A stretch of 64,000 bases of DNA. It comes from Podarcis filfolensis. Taxonomy: Eukaryota. Of this stretch, positions 36,887 to 49,735 are shown piece by piece. The notes below the pieces were generated by a model. It was not told the DNA's origin. It was given only the letters and a program-made list of their open reading frames with translations, and searched no databases. Position numbers and translations under genes: made by a program. Numbering within the stretch: position 1 is the stretch's first letter; every line of letters begins with the position of its first letter. The stretch lies in the NCBI GenBank assembly GCA_964270895.1, contig OZ185436.1, one strand, 5' to 3'.

Positions 36887-37998
36887 AGGGAAGAACAGAT
36901 TGTGGAGACACTCTGCTGAGAGACTACACTTCGCCCCTTATGCAGCACTACATTTGTTCAGTGGAGCCCACTTTCCCTTCATCCTTGAGGAATCCACAGT
37001 AGGGAACTCCTGTGGAACAGATGGCGAACTCCTTGGATGTGAAGATAGATGCCAAGCATTTTGATGCGGGATATAGTCCTTGCATTTGGCACTAGCACAC
37101 TTCCTTGATCTGATTCTGTATTTGCCCCCTACCGCCCTGCCATCCTCAATTAGATATTGGATGCAGTTCCCTGGGTGAAACAGGACTGTTCTGCCACCAG
37201 ATGGATGTGTGTAGAGAGCTGCAGCCTCCGCTCAGTATTCAGCCTCCATTCAAATACTTTGCCGTAATAAGCTTCATTTCAGGTCAGATAAAAATAGATG
37301 TGTCTTAGCTGAGTTTCTTCCTGATATGCAGCCTTGTTTGCTTCTGCTCTTGTTTCAACTCAGCTATCATGGGAGGGGGAAGAAGCAAATGAATGAATTT
37401 GGGCAATGGAGGAGCAGCAGTATTTCCAGACTTGGAGAGTCCTGCTTCACTAGATATAGGCATTCCCTATAGACACATCAGTACAAAACTATATATTACA
37501 TACTTAATTCTTGTATGGTGTTACATATTTCATTTATGTTAGACACTAAGCCTATTATAGATTTTATTCCATCACCATTCCCATGTCTGTGGTGGCATTA
37601 TTGGCTGCTCTAGTACAAGCGGACCACTTTATCTCTGTGCAGTGGGGGATTTGGTGTTAACTAGTTCAAGGTGGAAATTAATTTCCTTCACTATCTACTG
37701 ACATATACAGTCTTGGAACCCATTTATGTGTTCAGTCATCTCCCACCCCACCCCTGAATCCCTGGTCAGCTATAAAATGTTCTTTATTGGCAGCCATCAT
37801 TTTCAAAAATTTAGTGTCCCTTATCATCCCACGGCAAAGTATGGAACTTTGTCTTTGTGGAACTGAATGCAACCTTATAATAATAGAGAATCTAATGAAA
37901 CCCTTAACTGGTGTTTTTAGCTCTGTCCCTCTACTTATTATTCTCTACCTCCCAATTCCTACATCCTTACTTCCTCTTCCCAAAATATCATATGTTAG

Positions 37999-38018
37999 AA
38001 TAAATAGTACAAAATAAA
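37999..38018 (+). terminator. Candidate proximal FLT4 poly(A) signals (tandem AATAAA at 37999 and 38013)
   Basis: Two AATAAA hexamers about 1.1 kb after the stop codon; usage not demonstrable from sequence. Confidence 0.4.
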
Positions 38019-39719
38019 TTTCTGCAAATGTATCAATTTGCATTATTTATAATAGGAGGAATACAATGCAGGTCATTTTGTTAGTGCAAGCTGTTCTGCT
38101 TGCCTAATTAAACAATCTACCCTATCCTCTTGCTGTCCACGGTTCCAGGGGTTCTCCTGACACCTCATCCCTGAGCCAATGGGGGAGGATATGGGGCACC
38201 GAAGGGAAGAAAGCCCCATTGCGCTCGCAGAAGTCCTTGTTTAGGCTTCCACTGGTGGAACTGGTTAGCTGAGCCCAGCCCTGAGTCTGGAATTTGAGGA
38301 TATTACTAAACATATACACACATTTGCATTCTTCCCTGACACAGTCCTTAGCATAGTTTTCCATCTTCTAATTGTAAACCATTTCATCAATGAGGTTTTG
38401 TTTTTTACATAAATGATGAATAAGTCTAGAGTCAATCTGAACTTGTTTGTGTAGTTGTTCCCTTGCATAGCCTACGAGCCTTTCCCTCCCAGCTCTAATT
38501 CTGAAGGACGCTGCCATAGGAAAATGTCTGTGAAAGCCTTATGAAATGGCTTTTGACCAGCTTGTGAATTTCACTTTGTAATTCTGTACAGTGTCAGAGG
38601 CTCTCACTCTCAATTGTGTCTCCATGTGAAAGAATTTCTGCTTGCAGGCCAGGCTTCTGTTTATAGAACTGATAGTTTTGGTTTAGCTTATTTTATTTTT
38701 TTCATATTGGGCATATGTTTCCCCCCCTCCAGATTATATATATTCCTCCATAAGAGGGCTTTATGCATTTACACATTTGTAATTATCATTGTTCATGCCT
38801 TTTCTACATTCATTTGTATCTTTATGAGTGCACTCAATGTCTTGCCCCTTTTTTATTACATTTCCTATCTACATAAGTATACAGTTGTGGTTTAGTTATT
38901 ATCAGGTGTGGAAGGGATGAAAGTTCTCTTGCCTCTGTTTGTGTATTACATATTCTGTAGAAAGGGGGAGGAGGACTCAAAGAGGTATATAAATGGTGTA
39001 CAAATGGAAAACACAATTCTACATGGAAGATTTCCTTCCTTTTTTCTGTTATCAGAATCCCATTGACCTGAACAGCTGAGAACTTCACAAACCAGACCCA
39101 TTTCAGATGTACTTTTAGTGCACTGAATCACTACCCAGATGCAGATGAAGTCCCCCTGCCCTGATACACATGCAAAGCTGTAAATCTAATCTAATCAAGT
39201 GTTCCAGATTACAGGAAAGCTGAAAGATCATGTTGCAGCTGCCTTAGGACCAAGCAACCTGTTCATTGAGCATTCATTCTCATTTCTTTGCAGGAAGGTT
39301 AGATGACCTTGCATCAAAGCAAGTGTCATCCCACACTTCCTGGCACTTCCCTTACTGCAAAAAAATCTGTGGGGGGTGGGGGTGGGAGAGCAGGTTGTTG
39401 CACAATACTTCAAAATCAGCTGTAATTCTGCAACCTGAATTTTCCAGTATGTGATTGAATTCCGCTCAAAAACAGTGACAGTCTAGAAGTGCCCTTAGTC
39501 TTAATACCTAGTTTAAAAAGATAAGGGACAGTGTGGAACCATAACAAGTTTAGTGTTCTATGAACATCAATATGTGACTTGCTCATCCTGTAGTATTGCT
39601 ATAGGCATTGGTTGATCTTTAATGGGGGATAAACTCTCGATTAAGTCATTTTGGGGTGCAGCTACACAGCATTCAGGAATTGGAGCATTTTGAAATGTGA
39701 CATTGTTCCTGCAGTGTTT

Positions 39720-39792
39720 ACATAAGAAAAACCCTGCTGGGTGATGCCAAAGGCCCATCTAGTCCAGCATCCTCCTCTCACAGTGGCCAGTC
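39720..39792 (-). mobile_element. CR1-type 3' tail fragment
   Basis: acataagaa...ctgctgg...ggcccatctagtccagcatcc...cacagtggcc is the reverse complement of a common squamate CR1 3' end. Confidence 0.6.
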
Positions 39793-40024
39793 ATAGGGTG
39801 TATCTTGAGGGGTGTGTGCATCCACCTCTCACAGGATTAAAATGTCACAAGGAAAGCAGCCCTCAGTGTTAATGTGTGAAGAAGCCACATTCTATATTCC
39901 ACTTCCAGTTTTATTCTCTTGCAATACTAAACTAGCAGTAGTATTTCCATTTCATTAAAATAACTTATTTTAAAAACTATCATCTTTTTTTTCTCTTTTC
40001 TATTTGGTCATATTCCTGTTTACC

Positions 40025-40373
40025 CAGAGGTATAATTAGGGGTTTGCGAAATCAGGGGCCCAGGTGTGGGGGGGGGCCAAAAACCAGCTACCAAGCTATG
40101 GAGTGTATGACGTATATATATGGCAACATGACACTGCTATTGTGGCAAGCTCAAACGCAGGAGAAGCTTCCCGTTTTTCTCACACCGCAACAGAAAGGCA
40201 TACATTTTTTTCCCACCCTTCCTCTTCACCTCACTCTCACTCCGGATGCTTCGGGTACCAGTACTTGGTTGTGTAAAATGTAGGAATTTCTAATATGGTG
40301 TTGTGGTAAAGTGATGGGGGGGCACCAATATAGCTCCTTGCCAAGGGTGCAAGGGACCCTTGATTCGCCTCTG
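40025..40373. mobile_element. Non-autonomous hAT-type element
   Basis: Imperfect TIRs CAGAGGTATAATTAGGG / CCCTTGATTCGCCTCTG; 8-bp TSD TGTTTACC / TGTTTATC (7/8). Confidence 0.7.
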
Positions 40374-40411
40374 TGTTTATCTGCTGAATTTTACATGGCT
40401 TCAGTTGCTTA

Positions 40412-40430
40412 AATAAAGCATTTAAATAAA
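40412..40430 (+). terminator. Candidate distal poly(A) signals (AATAAA at 40412 and 40425)
   Basis: Tandem hexamers about 3.5 kb after the FLT4 stop. Confidence 0.3.
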
Positions 40431-41451
40431 TGTTTACCAATATAGTAGCAACCTCTGTAAAACTCTGTTAAGCAAACTGCAATGGTAGAAGGCCATATCA
40501 ATTCTACAGATGAAGGTATTACTGGTATCCCATTAATGCACCAATAATTGTAAACTGGGGTGTTTTTTAATAGAAAAAAATGAAAACCAATTATAGATAT
40601 CTCAGTGAGTAGGGAGGGGCAATTTGCTCATGCTAGGTCAAATAACCAAGTGCCTCAGGACATGTTCAGTTCTTCCCTGTTGTGAGATAGCAGTTTCTTT
40701 ACGATTTCTTGATGCTCACTGTAAAGAGTAGGCCATAGAGAGAAATTCCCAAATAATTACACAATTTTGGGGAAGCGAGCTCCTCACCATCCTTATTTTA
40801 TCTTGTTCTGAGCACTTTCACTACTACTTGCCTATTACTTTTAATATGTTACTTCTCCTGATGTTATTTGATGGGTAAAGTGATTGATGCACCCCAATTC
40901 ACCATGGTCTTTTAATGGTACTGTTGTCTTCCTAAATTTGTAATACAAAACATCCACACAGTGTGCAGATTTTATATCTCCAAAGAAAAAAGTCTTGTTT
41001 CTCAGTTTCTCTGTTCAGGACACCAGCTGCATAAGCACAATTACTGCAAAACTGGAAATATAAATGGATAACAGAAAGAATGGTGGTGGGCAGTATTCTA
41101 GGACATAAAAGCAAATACAGACTTGCAAAATAAAGCATTCAACTTTTCTTTGTCCACTATTCTATTGTTTCAAAGAGTATTTTAAAGCATATGCTATCTT
41201 CCGGATGCAAGGGTTACTCTCACTTCCCCATTCTCTGATAAAAATGGCTCTGAAATTCTGATTCTGACTGAGTCATTCTTTAAAAGAACATATCTGTTGG
41301 AAAGATCTGGCACAGGACAACACTTCTACTCCTGAATGAAACTCCCAATGGATCAGGGACCATACTTGTCAGTAATGCAGATTATACAAGCTGCTTGCAT
41401 GCTGGATATGTCTTGTTTATTTGACGCTGCAGCCTCAGTTTCTTCTGCAAC

Positions 41452-41591
41452 AAGGGTGAGGGACCTGTGCACCTCCAGATATAGCTGGACTGCAACTCCC
41501 ATCATCCCAAATCACTGACCATGCTGACTGGAATTGATGGGAGTTGGACTCCAACAGCATCTGGAGGACCACAGCTTCCTTACCACTACTG
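41452..41591. mobile_element. Small palindromic lizard MITE (ACAACTCCCATCATCCC...GATGGGAGTTG family)
   Basis: Internal inverted repeat and imperfect TIRs; diverged copies at ~30372-30460, ~61540-61663 and a fragment at 16071-16120. Confidence 0.7.
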
Positions 41592-42989
41592 CATTCTACA
41601 ATATATCTCTCTAGTTTTCACTAAGTGGAAGCATTAAAAGTCTGGGTAGTATTCATCTGATTCCCATTTCCCTTGAACAGATTTGCAGTGTTTTGAGAAA
41701 CTCTGAGAAAGAATCAGTTTGCCCTCGGTATGGGCAAGTGTCTAATTTTAATGCAGACTCTAGATCTTAAATAGCATGAATATATAGAAAGGCACTTCAA
41801 AATTACAGGACTATCGCAGGACAAAACCGCAGAAAAGTAACCTCTTTTCTGTTGGATCTTCTGCCACTGCTGTAACCTCTTAAAGGCACTGTAGAAATGC
41901 ATCTGTTGTCTGTATGGAGTAATATACATTTTTAATCAATTAAGATGTATGAAAAGTCCCCTGTGTGGAAAAAATACTTCTGGAGTTAATTTAAATTGGC
42001 TGGTAAGAATCAAGAATTGTTTCTTAGGCTCCAAATTCACATTTGAGAGGGAGAAGGATGAGCTATTTATAGAGTGGTTATCTATAACTTGCAAGATCTT
42101 TGTTGGGCCTCTTTGGTGTCAAAGATACCCTGTGTGATTTGGGATTCTTCTCCAGTCTCATTTTCCAGTCTGTAAAATGGACAGGATGCACTTCCCCATA
42201 TCATACATAATGTAACCAGATGTGTGTGAATTGAAAGAAAATCCATATTTCCATAGCACTTAATAGAATTCCAAGCACAGTTCCAGAATGTACTTTGTTT
42301 TACTGCTGCTGTGTTAATTTTGATACAGCAATTCTACACTTTTATAAACAGGAACTATTGCAGTAAGAGGAAGCCTTGTGACAGTCATGGGTTTGTGGGC
42401 AAAAGTTGCCAAGCATTCTCCAGAATGTTGTTGGGTCCTCTACCACTTGCATTCCTTGGCAAATCCTTTATTGCCTTCTGAAGTGCACGTTCAGCTCAAA
42501 CTAGGCTAAGGAAGCAGGACAGGTTTTGCTGAGGATCCCCTCATAATGCCACACCTTTAATACGAATTTAGTAACTATATATATTCACAAGGTTTTTAAG
42601 AATGTTTTCATACTTAGTGGGGGGGAAGCTTCTCATTAAATTGGACCTGAATTAGAAAGATGAAATGAGATTTCTTTTCCATTGTCTGAATGTAGAGATA
42701 AATTAGTCATACACTCACCAGGATGATCTCAAAACGGCTTCAAAATAAGCCAGAAAGTCCTTTCTCCATCTTCATATTGAAGCTATTTTGATCTTCCCTG
42801 GTGAGTATATGACTTTAATTTTCTCTAGAACACTCATCAGTCTAGCTCTGGCTTCACTAATTGTCTACAAACACTGAAAGGTGGGAGAAGGCTCATTTCT
42901 CACAATGGAATTGATTAGAACAGTGTCTACAGGATTTGCTTCATAACACTCCTTAAAAGGGCTGGAGGCTTATTTTAAAACAAATCATG

Positions 42990-43452
42990 ACAGCTAGGAG
43001 TCTCGGCCCCCTGTGTCTCATCAGTTCGCTGATGACAGTCAGCTTTACTTCTCTGTAATCAGGAGTGGCTGTGCAAGCCCTGGCCCAGTGTCTGGATGTA
43101 TTAGTGGGCTGATGGGGGCTAATAAACTGAGTCTGAATCATGGCAAGATGGAGGCTCTGTGGATGAATGACTTCTGGATCCAGGAGGTCAGTCAACTGCC
43201 TGCCCTAGATGGGACTATACCATGAAGGAGCAGCTACATTGCATGTGCTCCTGAATCTTGCTTTGTCACTGGAAGGTCAGGTGGCCTGTGTGGCTAAGAG
43301 TGCCTTCAACCAGCTGTGGTTGGTGTCACAACTGCAACTGTTTCTAGACCACAGCAGCCCAGGCATTGGTAATAACAAGATGGAATTACTGCAATGCACT
43401 CTAGGTAGGTCTCCCCTTGTGATCTGGAAGTTGCAGCTAGTGTAGAATGTGA
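42990..43452 (+). mobile_element. Degenerate L2-clade LINE reverse transcriptase fragment
   Basis: HQFADDSQLYFS (YADD motif) and ANKLSLNHGKMEALW in ORF 43013-43225, continuing with frameshifts to ...QLVQN-like sequence. Confidence 0.85.
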
Positions 43453-43823
43453 ATGTTAGACTGCTTGTGAATTCTAAACACTGATTGATTACCTGCAATG
43501 GGCTAAAACCAACCAAACATATTAATATTAATTAATATGTATGATTTACTGTTAGCACACTTAAAGCTGGTGAAAGAGTAGCATTTATTACCATTCTTTG
43601 ACTGGTTTGATTAGGGCTATAAAACCCTGGTTATTGTTCTCCCAATCAGAGCTGTTAAACAGTATGGATGCCTTCTATCCTCTCAAAGCATATTGTTGAT
43701 AATCCATTTGTAGTGTAATCCTGCATGTGTCTACTGAGAAGTAGCCGCGCAATCCTAACTGTCATCTCAGAAGCTGTAATGAATTCAGTGGGGCTTACCT
43801 CCAGATACATGGGGTTAGTATTA

Positions 43824-44074
43824 TAGTCATACCTTGTTTCTCAAACGGAATCCATTCCAGAAGTCCGTTCAACTTCTGAAAATGTTCGGAAACCAAGGCG
43901 CAGCTTCCGATTGGCTGCAGGAGCTTCCTGCACTCAATCAGAAGCTACGGAAGCCGTGCTGGACATTTGGGTTCCAAAGAATGTTCGCAAACTGGAACAC
44001 TCACTTCCGGGTTTGCGGTGTCCAGGAGCCAAAATGTTCGAGTTGCAAGGTGTTCGCAAACCAAGGTACGACTG
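43824..44074. mobile_element. Tc1/mariner (Tigger-like) MITE
   Basis: TIRs TAGTCATACCTTG / CCAAGGTACGACTG flanked by TA on both sides. Confidence 0.85.
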
Positions 44075-44689
44075 TATGTCCTTCATAGCTTTGAACATAA
44101 TGGGCAGTGCTTATTCCAAATTAATTTATGAAGAGTACAAGGGTGTGCTTTTGTGCGTGACAGACACAAGATGGCTTTAGTGACTGATCAGTATTACAAT
44201 CAGCAAATCGCTCTGAAACTTGCAAATCAGTTGTTGTTTTTACTAGACACACATCTGGACCAGTAACTGTCCCACACTAAACTTTAATGACTTAACTCAT
44301 GTACTTACCAGCTTAAAAAAAATAAGCCATAAAATATACCCCAGAATACGGCTGTTCTTGTTCAAAAAACCTAAGCGATGATGAAGTAAGCATTTTGCTA
44401 CACACACCTGTGCTGAAAATGTTTGTGCACACACAAACAACTGACATAGATGTATTCAGTGTAGTGATGTTGGTGGGGGTGAGCAAACTACTTCTGGATT
44501 GGGTCACCTGCATATGCAAAAGGGTAATGTGAGACCTTTAATCCAACACACAGTTCTGAATGCTAGAGTCATTTGCGCTCTGTCACTTTTGACTGAAGCA
44601 TCCACCAGTTTGGGGTGTGATAATTCAATCCAACACATACCATTTGTCCTTCTAGCAGGTGAGCTAAGGTAGCAAAGCTTTCCTGGGCA

Positions 44690-44785
44690 TGGGTAATGTG
44701 TTTACTGTGGCATATATATTGGTAAATTGTCTGGACTATTGTAATGCAAGCTTTGTTGGGCTTTCCTTGCAGCTGGTCCAGAGTA
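44690..44785 (+). mobile_element. L2 fragment (LDYCNA...GL.LQLVQ)
   Basis: Translation CLDYCNASFVGLSLQLVQ resembles the L2 ORF2 post-RT region. Confidence 0.6.
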
Positions 44786-45229
44786 GGGATAGAAGAATCT
44801 GTCTATTTCACATCTCAGATTCTCATTTTTCCAATCTTAAACCCAGTTCTCCACATTTTGCAGCAATTTGTTGAAAATTTTGAAAATTCACCAGCATTTC
44901 AGTGTGAATTTCTCCTAATAAACAATTGTATACAGTTTTCAGTAATGTACACATTTGTGCAAGTAATTTCTCCTAATACATGCATTTTTGTAAATATTGG
45001 TTGGCAAAATACAATGCTAAATTTGGATGAGTGAATTTTGAAGCTGTGCTTTGGTTTGCATCTTGTTTCAGAAAGTGTCAATTTGATAGATACTTACATA
45101 CAAAATTTAAATAAGCTGACCAGGTTAACTGAAAAAAGTATTCTTATTCACTGCCTAGCAAGGGCAGTAAGATCAGCTAAAGGAACTAATTTAGTTTTGC
45201 AATAATTACAGGCTTGTGGTAACATGGGC

Positions 45230-45545
45230 TTTTTCACTGGCAGCAGCAATGTTGTGGAATGCCCTCCCTGCTGATATATAAGAGACCCCATCAGTATTGG
45301 CATTCTGCCAGCTCCTGAAGACACATCTGTTTAGGCAAGCATTCCCCTGAACTGAACTTCTGGTTTGATGGTTTCAACTGTGTTTTGGTTTTTAAAACTG
45401 CTTTAAAAACAGTTTTTTAATTGTTTGTTTTATTGCATATTTTAATTAAGGATGTTTTGGGCACAATTGAATTGTTATTGTGTGTTTTAATGATGCATTG
45501 ATTTTATTGATTTTATTGTTGTAAAACACTTAGGAACCATTTTGG
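45230..45545 (+). mobile_element. L2 3' end
   Basis: Reads FSLAAAMLWNALP...LKTHLFRQAF* followed by T-rich 3'UTR. Confidence 0.7.
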
Positions 45546-47238
45546 CAATAAGAATCATAGCTGTCTATTTAGCAGCTATTTCTACACAGAGCCTCATGCA
45601 CAGCACACTATTGCTTGTCCGCAAGTGTCAGATATGTGGATTTCTTAGTAAAAAAAAAAAAAATCTTAAAGCTATCTGTTAGATTGTCAGTAAATGGAAA
45701 GTACATGAGGCACGCCTGGTTTATTTTTTTTATTTTACATTTACTGTATTCCCAAACAAATCTTTAAATGCTATAGACCTCATTTTCTCTTTATCCTTAG
45801 CATCAAGGAAAACCTATTATGGCCTATATGCCTTTCTACTTTTCATTAAGAACTATCCACTAATCATATCTGTTCATAAAGCTTAGAGGAATTATAATGC
45901 TTCTTCAAAAGAAAATATTGTGGAGTCATTTAATTTCTGCCGAATGTCCTAGTGTTCTGATGTCTGGGCATTTAGGCGCACTCCTGTTCCTCTAGTGAAA
46001 ACGATACTAGGGATGAGGCATAGAGAATCTGAGCTCATGCAAGCTAGAGAAAAGATGATTACAGAGGGAATCTTGGATGACAAGGTCTTAATGGAAATAA
46101 AAGCTGTACCTGGGGAAAAGAAGAGAGGCAGGTGGAAGAATACAACATAGAAGAAACTGGATCCAAGAGACTGGGGTCTGCCCTAGTATAAAGAGAGAAG
46201 GGGTCTAAGAATAAAGTATGTGTGGTGGGATTTAAGAAATTAAAGGACGGAAGGGTCAAGAAGAGTTCAGCTCCTTTTATTCTGTCAATAGATCTGCCAC
46301 TGATTTGTGTGTTTTGTTTCCTAAGGACTTTAGTTTGTTCACCAATTAAAGTACGTAATGTAATAAACACTAATGAATGCTGCTTTGCCTGATTAGAAAG
46401 ACAGTACAATTGTGCATGGGGGGGGTATGTTCCAAGGATGGTGAGTATATGCAAACTCATGTAGTTCTGAACTACTTCCAGGCAACCACCTGTACCTTCC
46501 AAGCTTAAAAGCTCTCTGCCTTACTTAGTGGGCTCTAGGATGCTTTTGTGCCAGCTCTGAGATGTTCCAAGTTCCAGCAAGAACATCCCAGAACCTAGTA
46601 TGCAAGCTTAAAAGCTCTTTCCACCAGGAAAACTCAACACAAAAGGAGCTTTTAAGCTCTTCACCTTGTATGCAATTAATTTGTGCGATTTCAACCAGCC
46701 AGTTTTCAACCATACAAGGTTGAGATCGCACAAGTTAATTGCACACAAGATGCTGTTGTACTGTATATGAAAATATTTCCCATTGGACGATTTACTTTCA
46801 TTTCTCTTTGCCCATGCAGGAGTGTTTGTGCTTTTGTATATAGCTGTGCTGCAGATTTACTTCTGAATAACAGCAGTACATCAAGTTGTCTGGTTTGTTG
46901 TATGAATGCATCCAGTGTTTTTGTACCTGTTTCTCATTTTGATTTCTTAATGAATGGCTGAACTGACTTGATAAGGTGCTTTGACTCATTTGAAACAAAA
47001 TAGTCGTAGAATTATTTACTTCATACAAATATAGCCCCATCTGTGTACATAAGCACATTGAAGAATTATATTAAAAAACTGTGAGTGCCATTAGGATTGT
47101 AGCCAAAACACAGCTGCTGGAAAGCAAGAGGGAGGGAGAACCAGGAGGATTGCAAAGGAACAGAAGGAAAATAAACTATTGAGACCAACCAACCCCAATC
47201 CCCAAGGGGTTGAGATCATGCTCAGTGGTCACAGCAAA

Positions 47239-47428
47239 GGGCTGTAGCTCAGTGGCTGAGTATCTGTTTTGCATAAGGATGGTCCCAGTTTTATTCACTG
47301 GCATCTCCAGGTAGGGCTGGGAATGTCCCCTGCCTGAAACCCTAGCCAGCTGCTTCCAGTCAGTGTAAACAATACTGAGCTAAACAGACCAATGGTCTGA
47401 CTTGGTATAAGGCAACTTCCTATGCTCC
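47239..47428 (+). mobile_element. tRNA-derived SINE (Squam3-like)
   Basis: GGGCTGTAGCTCAGTGG A box, degenerate B box, GGCATCTCCAGGTAGGGCTGGG body, CTTCCTATG tail. Confidence 0.85.
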
Positions 47429-47727
47429 ACAGAATACTGTTATTATTTAGTGCATTTAAAATCACTCTTCATTCCAAATTTTTGTGTATGTTGGTTTTTT
47501 TTGTTGGGGGGGGGTTGGTAGGGTTGGTAAAAGACCAGGGAGAGTGGAGTATGGAATGGAGTATGCTGGAAGGGAGCATAGGTGACTAACTGGCTGGAGC
47601 ACTGGAGAGCAACATTTTGTTGCAGCTTCCACTTGCTGTAAATAATAGTGTTACAGCTATGTTGTGCTGTTGGGCTAAGCAAAGAGCAAAGCTTTCTTTC
47701 TAGGTTCTAATTGTTTGATAGTATGTA

Positions 47728-47908
47728 CTGTATTTACGTGAATCTAACGTGCCATTGAATCTAATGCGCACCTCAATTTTCAAAACCTTGAAACCAAAAA
47801 AGTATTTGCTTCCAAAGGTAATATGCGCCATCAAATCTAATGTGTGCCCTAATTTTCGCAATGTTAATTTGGCCAAAAAAAATGTGCATTACCTTTGAGT
47901 AAATACAG
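47728..47908. mobile_element. Mariner-type MITE
   Basis: TIRs CTGTATTTAC / GTAAATACAG with TA TSDs; internal repeated AATCTAA(T/C)G motif. Confidence 0.8.
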
Positions 47909-49524
47909 TATTTCCTTACTGGCTAGTCACTACTATCAGTCTTGTTGCCCTTTATTTAGTCTAATGTAGGTAGACACACCTTCTTGGAGGGAGGCTGTAT
48001 TTGCTCAATCTGTGTGAAAAATGGATGTGCCAAGAGAGCTAAAATCTTCTGACGCTGACCCAATCCATGGATAATGCAAATTGGTTACAAAAGGTTACAA
48101 AATGGTGCCAACCAGTAGAACTGATCTTTAATAGTGTGCTGGGATGAGGCTAGAATTTTGTCCACTTGCTTGGGTTTCCTGCCTGCTCAGCTTGTACATT
48201 TGTAAATAGGCAGTTTATTACAAATGCCACACTAAGTCTCTAGTGTTACTTTAGCCAAAGGAAAACTGCTCTATAGAATAAGATTTCCCTGGAACATCCC
48301 ACTATTCAGAGATTTACGTAGCACAAAACAAAATCTACATCTCCAAAACATTTCTAAAACTTTAGCTGTCACCCAGCAGAACCAAATGCAGTGAAAACTT
48401 GTTATATAAACTGTTGTGATATTCGTTACATCCCTGCTCTAGATATTCATAAGCTCTATATTCACCTATGATGCTATTCTATCCTCTGTTGCTGATATTA
48501 TAGACAGATTTCATAAATTCTGCATAGGAAGGAATTTCAAGGAGACAAGCAGGCAGCTTTTGCTGCTGATTTTAGTTCTGGTGTTACTGCTTGCATGAGG
48601 GACACAAGGTGCTACCGTGACATTTACACATTTAGAAAAGCAGCATTCTTCCCAAGTATTTTCTGCTTTGCATAAAAGTGAACACTGTCAACTCCACTGA
48701 TGCGGTGACACTTTACAGTACAGCTGAGCTGTCAATAAAGTTGCACTAGATTGGGAGATATTATTCACTGTAGAACTGTGAAATTTCTCTACAGCAATGA
48801 AAGCACAAGACCAGTTCTGAGCAATCATAGTGGAACAGCAAGGCATTTTCTGTATAACTAGTACTTTTGTTCTGGTGCCTGAGGCATAGGTGATATTTTG
48901 CAATTTCCCCTTCTGGATTGTAGTTTTGTAACCCTTTTTTATTTGCACAGTTTGATTGAGCCTTTCCAGCGTCATAAGCCATGGTTTATGAAGCCAGGAA
49001 CAAGCATCAGGAATGAATGCTTCTCCTCTGCTTCTCCACTCCTCCAACTGTGCATTGGGTTCTTTGGTATGAAAAGTCTAGATGTATTAAGTCAAAGTTT
49101 CCTGCTATGTCCAAACCAGTGAACTCTGTCTAAATGTCAGCAAACCAAGACAACAAGTGAGGATGTGATCCTGGCTTTATTTTGCTGGTTTGCTGATAGG
49201 TAATGGAGTACAGTATCCTGGAAAAAAGCATGCCTGTATACTGAAAAGGAGTGTAAAGGCAATGAAAAATCAGAAAAGACTGGCAGGAGAGATTTCACGT
49301 GCTTATTTAATTATTGTTAATGGTATGTTTCTTCACACAAATGTGCAGATAGCTCAGCCAAGTCTACATTATCTTCACATCAGACATCATGGATGCCCAT
49401 CTATATGCAGAACAGATGTGGAGCTAAGGAATCAAACTGTGCCATGTGCACAGGACTGATTCCAAACAGCAGAATAATTTTAGCTAGGCCTGTTTCTGTG
49501 CCTTTCTGCTACTGGGTGGCACCA

Positions 49525-49598
49525 CACATCAGTTATAAAACACATGATTTGCATGTGGAAGAGCCTAGGTTAAACCCCTGGCACCTCCAGATGAAAAA

Positions 49599-49634
<36 letters not shown>

Positions 49635-49735
49635 GTGATGGGGAAAATCTCTTTCTGGGATCTGAAATAACTTTTCCCAGACAGAATATTCAGCAATAGG
49701 CTAGATGGACCAAGAGTCTGACCACCTATAGTATG
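49525..49735 (+). mobile_element. Diverged Squam3-like SINE interrupted by (AAAT)n
   Basis: TTTGCATG...GGTTAAACCCCTGGCACCTCCAG and GCTAGATGGACCAA...GTCTGAC motifs shared with 47239-47428. Confidence 0.6.
49596..49633. repeat. (AAAT)n microsatellite
   Basis: Seen directly. Confidence 0.95.

Noticed and set aside
39281-39306. Strong + strand acceptor that could give an alternative last exon (exon 29 then RKVR*)
   Set aside because: Only a pyrimidine tract plus AG; no further evidence.
44309-44370. - strand exon-like piece (cttag|...GFLNKNSRILGYILWLIFFKL|gtaagt)
   Set aside because: Strong donor but no recognisable protein and no convincing partner exons; single sites like this are common by chance.
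46059-46502. 147-aa - strand ORF in the intergenic interval
   Set aside because: No recognisable homology, splice context or codon pattern.
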